Part shown: piece by piece, positions 59,984-64,000 of the stretch | Layout: every line of letters starts with the position of its first letter | How positions within the stretch are numbered: the first letter of the stretch is position 1 | Source: an uncultured Pelagibacteraceae bacterium | Lineage (GTDB): Bacteria > Pseudomonadota > Alphaproteobacteria > Pelagibacterales > Pelagibacteraceae | Direction: 5' to 3' | Assembly (NCBI GenBank): GCA_902590625.1 | Contig: CACIXL010000003.1 | Coordinates: forward strand, 2,294-66,293 | Length of the DNA: 64,000 nt | Made by a program: the position numbers and the translations under genes | Notes under the pieces: generated by a model | What the model saw: only the letters and a program-made list of their open reading frames with translations | Told to the model about the DNA's origin: nothing | The model's database searches: none

Positions 59984-61879
59984 TTAAATAGCTGGCTTAG
60001 GTTTTAATCCTAGTGATCCAAGAGCAGAAGACGCTTTTCCATCATCCTCTTTATCGTCTTTAAACGATCTTGTTGGTTTAATATCTTTTAAAATTAAGTC
60101 TCTGATTTCATCTCCTGAAAGTGTTTCGTAAATAAGTAACGCCTTAGCTATCTTATGTAAATCATCAATTTTTTCTGTCAGGACTTTTCTTGCTCGTTCA
60201 TATCCTTTGTCGACAATTTTCTTTACTTCAGCGTCAATTTTTTTTGCAGTTTCTTCGGACATGTTTTGTTGTTTTGTAACAGATCTACCTAAGAAAACTT
60301 CTTCCTCATTTTCTCCGTATGCAATTGTTCCTAGTTCTGTGCTCATTCCATATTTTGTAACCATATTTTTTGCCATCTTAGTCACCATATCTATATCTGA
60401 TGATGCTCCAGATGTGACTTTATCGTGTCCAAAAATTATTTCTTCTGCAATTCTTCCACCCATTGCCACTGCAATATCAGCGTGCATTTTTTCTCTAGTA
60501 ACTGAAAGTTGATCTCTTTCTGGTAATCTCATCACCATACCTAAAGCTCTACCTCTTGGAATTATAGTTGCCTTGTGAATAGGGTCAGAAGCTTTTTCAT
60601 TTAGAGCTACAATTGCGTGTCCACCTTCATGATAAGCAGTAAGTTTTTTTTCATCTTCGGACATTACCATAGATCTTCTTTCAGCACCCATCATAACTTT
60701 GTCTTTTGCTTCCTCAATATCAGACATTGTTACAACTCTTTTATTTTTTCTTGCCGCAAGTAAAGCTGACTCATTAATTAAATTTGCTAAATCTGCGCCG
60801 GAAAAGCCTGGTGTTCCCCGTGCAATCGTTCTCAATTTTACGTCTGGACCAGTACTAATTTTTTTAACATGTACTTTTAAAATTGCTTCTCTACCAATTA
60901 TATCTGGATTGCCAACTACTACTTGCCTATCAAATCTTCCGGGCCTTAATAAAGCCGGATCGAGCACATCTGGCCTATTAGTAGCGGCAATTAAAATAAT
61001 TCCTTCATTAGTATCAAAACCATCCATCTCTACAAGTAATTGGTTAAGAGTCTGTTCTCTTTCATCATTCCCTCCACCTAATCCTGCGCCTCTGCTTCTT
61101 CCAACAGCGTCTATTTCATCTATAAATATTATACATGGAGAGTGTTTTTTTCCTTGTTCAAACATATCTCTAACTCTTGATGCACCAACACCAACAAACA
61201 TTTCCACAAAGTCAGATCCAGAGATAGAAAAAAATGGAACATTAGCCTCTCCTGCAATAGCTTTAGCTAACAATGTTTTTCCAGTACCTGGAGGACCAAT
61301 TAATAATGCTCCTTTAGGAATTTTTCCACCTAACCTGCTAAATTTTTTTGGATCTTTTAGAAACTCAACTATTTCTTCTACTTCTTCTTTAGCTTCTTCA
61401 ACACCTGCAACATCATTGAACGTTACCTTTCCTTGAGCCTCATTTAATAGTTTAGCTTTTGACCTTCCGAATCCCATGGCTCCACCTTTGCCACCTTGCA
61501 TTTGCCGCATGAAAAATATCCATACGCCGATAAGTAAAAGCATGGGAAACCAAGATAACAAAATACCTAAAAGTGATGGCATTTTATCTTCCTGAGGCGA
61601 TGCTAAAATACTTACTCCTTTTGAAGAAAGTTTTTCAACTAATTCAGGATAATTTGGAGAATATGTTTTAAATCTATTGCCATCAGCTAAAACTCCAGAA
61701 ATATTATTACCTTGAATTTGTACCTCAACAACTCTACCAGCATCAACCTCGTTTAAAAAATTTGAAAAAGGTAAGGCGTTTTTTTCTGAATTAATTTTAT
61801 TTGGGTCTTGAAACATATTAAATAGCCCCACTGAAAGCAGAACTATGATTACCCACATTATTAAGTTTTTAGCATTCAT
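59984..61879 (-). CDS. ftsH: ATP-dependent zinc metalloprotease FtsH
   Basis: Two TMs, [16 protein letters not shown] region, HEGGH. Confidence 0.99.
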   Translation of the reverse strand: MNAKNLIMWVIIVLLSVGLFNMFQDPNKINSEKNALPFSNFLNEVDAGRVVEVQIQGNNISGVLADGNRFKTYSPNYPELVEKLSSKGVSILASPQEDKMPSLLGILLSWFPMLLLIGVWIFFMRQMQGGKGGAMGFGRSKAKLLNEAQGKVTFNDVAGVEEAKEEVEEIVEFLKDPKKFSRLGGKIPKGALLIGPPGTGKTLLAKAIAGEANVPFFSISGSDFVEMFVGVGASRVRDMFEQGKKHSPCIIFIDEIDAVGRSRGAGLGGGNDEREQTLNQLLVEMDGFDTNEGIILIAATNRPDVLDPALLRPGRFDRQVVVGNPDIIGREAILKVHVKKISTGPDVKLRTIARGTPGFSGADLANLINESALLAARKNKRVVTMSDIEEAKDKVMMGAERRSMVMSEDEKKLTAYHEGGHAIVALNEKASDPIHKATIIPRGRALGMVMRLPERDQLSVTREKMHADIAVAMGGRIAEEIIFGHDKVTSGASSDIDMVTKMAKNMVTKYGMSTELGTIAYGENEEEVFLGRSVTKQQNMSEETAKKIDAEVKKIVDKGYERARKVLTEKIDDLHKIAKALLIYETLSGDEIRDLILKDIKPTRSFKDDKEDDGKASSALGSLGLKPKPAI

Positions 61880-61959
61880 ATATCTTTTAAATAATCATTA
61901 ATTTGTATTTAACAAGTATATTTTAAATTTTAGTAAGTTGTAAATAAGACAAAAAGCAT

Positions 61960-62988
61960 CTAATTTACCCCCAATTTTTCATCTTTCAGACATAAATTGA
62001 AGCTTTTCTTATAAAATATACACCCGCCTAAGGTTGATCTCTTAAAGTTCACTCGGTTAAGATTTAGTAATAAATTTTCAATCTTTTTTGATCTTAGGTC
62101 ATAATAATTTTTTTTTATTGTCTTTATTGATTCATTCACAACTGCAATTTTTATATCCTTATCAAGTTTTTTAAATTTTTCAAAATTAATTAAAACCTCA
62201 TTATTTTTTTTCATAATTAAATTTTTAAATACTTTGTTAAAATATCTCTCAAGTGTTGATTTACTAGAAGATAAATTCTGTATTGATCTAAAAATCTGGT
62301 CGTATTTTATGCCACTTTTTTCTAGAGGTTTTTTTAATCTTCTGATTTTGCTTCTCAAATATTTCTTATCTTTATTCGAAGGATCTTTTATATATTTGCC
62401 AAAAATATCTTTTGAGATTTTAATTAAGAATTTTTTTTTTACACCAAGTAATGGTCTGCATAATTTCACTTTAGGGCTTATCTTGTTAATTGGCTTCATT
62501 GCCGCTAAACCCTTTAAACCGCTTCCTCTTGAAAGTCTTATAAAAAAAGTTTCGACTTGATCCTCAAAATTGTGAGCTGTCATAATAGTGCTAATCTTAT
62601 ATTTTTTACAATAATTTAATAAAATTTCATATCTAAGATTTCTAGCTTCAGCTTGTATATTTTTTTTGATTTTGATTTTGTTTAAAATAATCTTTAAATA
62701 AATTTTTTTTCTTTTTAAAATATTTTTAACTTTTTTTGCCTCTTTGTTAGAATCTTTTCTGATATTATGATCGACAAGAACATAGTGAAATTTAGTCTTT
62801 GTTTGATGTGAATACGCCTTTGTAAGCGCGGTTAGAGCCAAGCTATCTGGGCCGCCCGAAACTGCTACTAAATATTCTTTTTTATTTAATGAGTCTAATG
62901 TGAATTTAAAATTATTAAAAATTTTGGATAAATCTTGGATATCCTTAAAACCTTTTTTAAGATTTACACTTGAATTTTTTTTGTTCAT
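61960..62988 (-). CDS. tilS: tRNA(Ile)-lysidine synthetase
   Basis: AVSGGPDS, DH.IR, AR..RY, AH...DQ.ET, RPLL, DPSN. Confidence 0.95.
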   Translation of the reverse strand: MNKKNSSVNLKKGFKDIQDLSKIFNNFKFTLDSLNKKEYLVAVSGGPDSLALTALTKAYSHQTKTKFHYVLVDHNIRKDSNKEAKKVKNILKRKKIYLKIILNKIKIKKNIQAEARNLRYEILLNYCKKYKISTIMTAHNFEDQVETFFIRLSRGSGLKGLAAMKPINKISPKVKLCRPLLGVKKKFLIKISKDIFGKYIKDPSNKDKKYLRSKIRRLKKPLEKSGIKYDQIFRSIQNLSSSKSTLERYFNKVFKNLIMKKNNEVLINFEKFKKLDKDIKIAVVNESIKTIKKNYYDLRSKKIENLLLNLNRVNFKRSTLGGCIFYKKSFNLCLKDEKLGVN

Positions 62989-63910
62989 ACTGTGCTTTTT
63001 GTAACACAGACTTACTAGCTTTTGGGTATTCTTTTTTTAATCCTGAAATCATTTTACATCCTTGATCTTTTTCTCCAAGTTGAACCATTGTAATTCCTAA
63101 TTTTAAAAGGTTATCAGGTGCTTTATTGCTTTTTGGATAGTTCTGGTATCCATCAAGATAAGCAGTTGCTGCATCAGAGTATAATTGTCTTATTCTAAAA
63201 GTCTCACCATACCAATATTGAGCACTGCCTGCTAAATCATGATCTTTGTTTTTATCAATAAATTCTTTTAAAGCAAATTCTGCAGTTTCGTAATCTCCAA
63301 TTTTCATAAAGCTTACAGCAAATTCATATTGGTCCTTAACAGGTTTGTTTGGAAGTAAAGACTCTCTTTTTTCAGGTTCTTCAGTAATTACAGTTTTAGC
63401 GCTTTCAACAGAGTTAATTGATTGCTCTTTTGGTAAGTTTTTAGTTTGGTATCCTGGTGTAGCTCCAAAATCTTGAGGTTTAGCAGATCCTGGTAAATAT
63501 TTTTGATTGTTTGCCTTTAAGGGTTTTTCTGTTCCATTTTCCAAATCAGAAAATCTAAGTTGTGTATCAGATTGTATTTTAGTAACACGAGTTGATAATT
63601 TGTCTAGTTTGAAATTTACTTCTTCAAATTTATTTGTGAGTTCTCTGAATTGATCTTCGATTTCATTTAATTTTAAAAGATGTTTAGTCATAATATCTTC
63701 GTTCAACCCATCTGAGTTTATGGAGCCAGATGATTTTAATGTTACATCTGATTTTTGATAAACTGCTTTTTCTAATGTTTTAAGATCTTTTGTAATAACT
63801 TGAATTTGATCTGAAATAGCTTTTAAGTAAATTTCTTCTTCTTCAGCAACAATTGAACTAAAATTTAAGATAAAAATTATTAATAGTAAATTTTTAAGGT
63901 TCTTGAACAT
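62957..63910 (-). CDS. cpoB: tol-pal system protein YbgF/CpoB
   Basis: Signal peptide, coiled coil, TPRs (A.YW.GE, KAPD.LLKLG); precedes tilS-ftsH; ATG at 63910 preferred. Confidence 0.88.
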   Translation of the reverse strand: MFKNLKNLLLIIFILNFSSIVAEEEEIYLKAISDQIQVITKDLKTLEKAVYQKSDVTLKSSGSINSDGLNEDIMTKHLLKLNEIEDQFRELTNKFEEVNFKLDKLSTRVTKIQSDTQLRFSDLENGTEKPLKANNQKYLPGSAKPQDFGATPGYQTKNLPKEQSINSVESAKTVITEEPEKRESLLPNKPVKDQYEFAVSFMKIGDYETAEFALKEFIDKNKDHDLAGSAQYWYGETFRIRQLYSDAATAYLDGYQNYPKSNKAPDNLLKLGITMVQLGEKDQGCKMISGLKKEYPKASKSVLQKAQYEQKKFKCKS

Positions 63911-63937
63911 AGTCAATTATTAATTTGATATAATGGC

Positions 63938-63976
63938 AAAAAAAAGACCCCTTAATTGGTTTAATCAAGGGGTCTT
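63938..63976 (-). terminator. Rho-independent terminator of the upstream gene outside the window (probably pal)
   Basis: Minus strand AAGACCCCTTGATT-AAACC-AATTAAGGGGTCTT followed by a T-tract. Confidence 0.85.
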
Positions 63977-64000
63977 AATATTAATAAATAAATATTAATT

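Noticed and set aside
60699-61436. 245-aa plus-strand ORF, and similar ORFs opposite guaB, ppdK, dxs, purA, alaS and the RND gene
   Set aside because: Antisense shadows of conserved genes with no recognisable motifs
1-64000. CRISPR arrays, IS elements, prophage, rRNA, phase-variable homopolymer tracts
   Set aside because: No repeat-spacer units, transposase, integrase or phage structural genes, and no duplicated tRNA 3' ends were seen. Poly-A/T runs are ubiquitous Lys/Phe codons in intact frames

Overview
Very AT-rich, extremely gene-dense alphaproteobacterial chromosome segment. Gene order and content (proteorhodopsin next to ferredoxin/reductase/GST, CBS-less guaB, near-absent intergenic DNA) strongly suggest Pelagibacterales (SAR11); this is an inference from composition and synteny, not a database result. 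The window is mostly core genes: rpsF-rpsR-rplI-dnaB, purF, guaAB, psd/pssA, icd, alaS, recA, dksA, nadAC, ppdK, glyQS, ispB, aroC, dxs, rpoH, purA, glmM, folP, ftsH, tilS, cpoB. It also holds tRNA-Leu(GAG) and an unusual tRNA-Arg(TCG). I found no CRISPR array, integrase, transposase or prophage. Best leads: (1) the blue-tuned proteorhodopsin locus, which has a structured 5' leader and, just past its terminator, a 44-aa membrane microprotein ORF missing from the ORF track that heads the ferredoxin-FNR-GST operon; (2) an aldB + DUF779 cassette between recA and alaS with a multi-hairpin leader; (3) a 131-bp intergenic element with a perfect DnaA box and three helically phased GANTC sites; (4) a second 39-aa membrane microprotein ORF behind tRNA-Leu; (5) nadA-nadC with no nadB between them; (6) the UCG-anticodon tRNA-Arg. 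Product calls come from recalled protein motifs; no searches were run.
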